Below, piece by piece: positions 62,650 to 64,000 of a stretch of DNA of 64,000 bases (its first letter is position 1; each line of letters opens with the position of its first letter). Under the pieces are notes generated by a model. The model was not told the origin of the DNA. It saw only the letters and a program-made list of their open reading frames with translations, and did not search any database. The position numbers and the translations under genes were made by a program. Source of the stretch: Hormiphora californensis (lineage: Eukaryota > Animalia > Ctenophora); assembly GCA_020137815.1 (NCBI GenBank), contig CM035353.1, positions 992,001 through 1,056,000 on the forward strand, given 5' to 3'.

Positions 62650-63660
62650 TACTCTGTTTCGAACTTGTCTGAATTTCGTCAGGAAATTGTTTGGGGGGGG
62701 GGGGGGGGGTCTCTGGACAAACTCCATGTCCTGAAATATTCAAATATCAGATTTGTTCAACTCTACAGACTACACTATAAAATCTGGTCTCTGGATAGTG
62801 GATTGTTAAATGTAGTAGTTAGTACTTTGTATTTATTTATTGTCTTGACTGGGATCTTCAGTCTCTCTCCAATTTTGAGGGCAGCCTCATAGATGGTCGG
62901 GTTCTTAAAGAAACAGGCCAAATCCCGAAGGATGGTGTAAGTCCTGGTGAGGGTCTCGCAGTCATCTCTGGCGTGACGGAATGCCAGTTCGATGATATGG
63001 GCCCCGTCCCAAATCCAAATGATCCTTATCCGGGGGATGCCTGATAGAGACAAACAACGAATTAAATTTGAAGCTCAAAGGAAGAATCAAGACATAGACA
63101 ATAGGTTGTTGTTTAACTTACCAAACTGGTCAGCTATGTGTTCGGCGTAATGAACACCAACAACCGCCCCATCGAAAGCCCCGCCAGTAAACCTCATGAG
63201 CTCAAGCTGGGGCATCCTCTCCCTGACTGTTTTTGTCAGCAACTTGGCCAGGCCCAACCCAGTTTGATCAGTGGCTGCAGGGTGGCCAAGATAAATAATC
63301 TCAGTTAACGGGCCACTTCCGGTCAGGTTGATGATCTTTATTGACAGGAGGCACCGTTTTCTGAAAAGGGAAGGTTAATAAATCATGAAGATCGAGACTG
63401 GTAACAAACTGCTCATTAGTGTCCAGCCCTAAAAAAGCTAAAGGTACCCTGATTTTGGTCGATGGCTTTTTTTAAGGCTGGACCCCCCCCCCATGTATCA
63501 TTTCTCTCCTTTAATCTTCATTATGAACCCTTTTTTGGCTGGAACTCCCCATCTATCCCACGAATAAGAGCGTTCTTGTGACATTGTCATGACAACCAGG
63601 GCAAGTTGTAACGGTTTATCTTTTTCGCAATTTCTTCAGTAATTCTACATACATGTGTTT
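62650..63660 (-). pseudogene. Intron-containing hAT-like DDE transposase, partial or degraded
   Basis: In-phase exons 63360-63122 (IYLGHPAATDQTGLGLAKLL...GGAFDGA) and 63040-62826 (WIWDGAHIIELA). The xDG and (C/D)xxH motifs are in hAT order; flanking exons are disrupted. Confidence 0.65.
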
Positions 63661-64000
63661 TCCTAACTCCAACTAAACACAACGCATTCGGTAATATCCT
63701 TCCCCGTTATCCCACCCTCAACTTTCCCAGAATCCACCAATGTATAGCAGATTGGTAACTCAGCAGATTGGTAACTCAGCAGCCCTTCTCTATCTCACGA
63801 AGAACTATCATCGGATATAGCTGATGTTCGAATGGTTATTTTTTATTGGTGATCAAGGGGTTAGAACATAACATAGCAAACATAATGTCATAACAAATCT
63901 TGATTGGCTCCCCCGTGAAAATTGTATATTGATAAGTATTTGCTAATGATATGTTAGTTTATTTAAATTATCAATTATCAAACCAATATATTTTTAGATT

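Overview
Eukaryotic (animal-type) genomic DNA from a draft assembly: AT-rich, short GT-AG introns, two 100-N gaps and several homopolymer-degraded stretches. The repeat landscape reminds me of ctenophore (Pleurobrachia-like) sequence, but that is recollection and unverified. Main contents, from my own manual exon assembly: (1) two paralogous two-pore-domain K+ channel (K2P/KCNK-like) genes on + (1553-6037 and 26371-29789). Both have a non-canonical first selectivity filter, TTVGWG. (2) In the second gene, the intron/exon junction that splits this filter has been amplified into 31 tandem 3' splice sites, so each 35-45-nt unit looks like a complete GT..branch..polyY..AG mini-intron. (3) A full-length, ~13.3-kb PIF/Harbinger transposon (7631-20895; 19-bp perfect TIRs, TCA target-site duplication). 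It carries an intact 4-exon DDE transposase, a >=11-exon Myb/SANT-like partner gene, nested MITEs and a 43-bp satellite. (4) An L2-clade LINE with an intact 979-codon APE+RT ORF. (5) A TE graveyard from 37 to 64 kb with Kolobok-, Tc1/mariner- and hAT-type MITEs, hAT-like transposase remnants, a CRE-type endonuclease fragment, a LINE ORF1 fragment and repeated fragments of a Polinton-type protein-primed DNA polymerase B. No prokaryotic features or CRISPR arrays were found.
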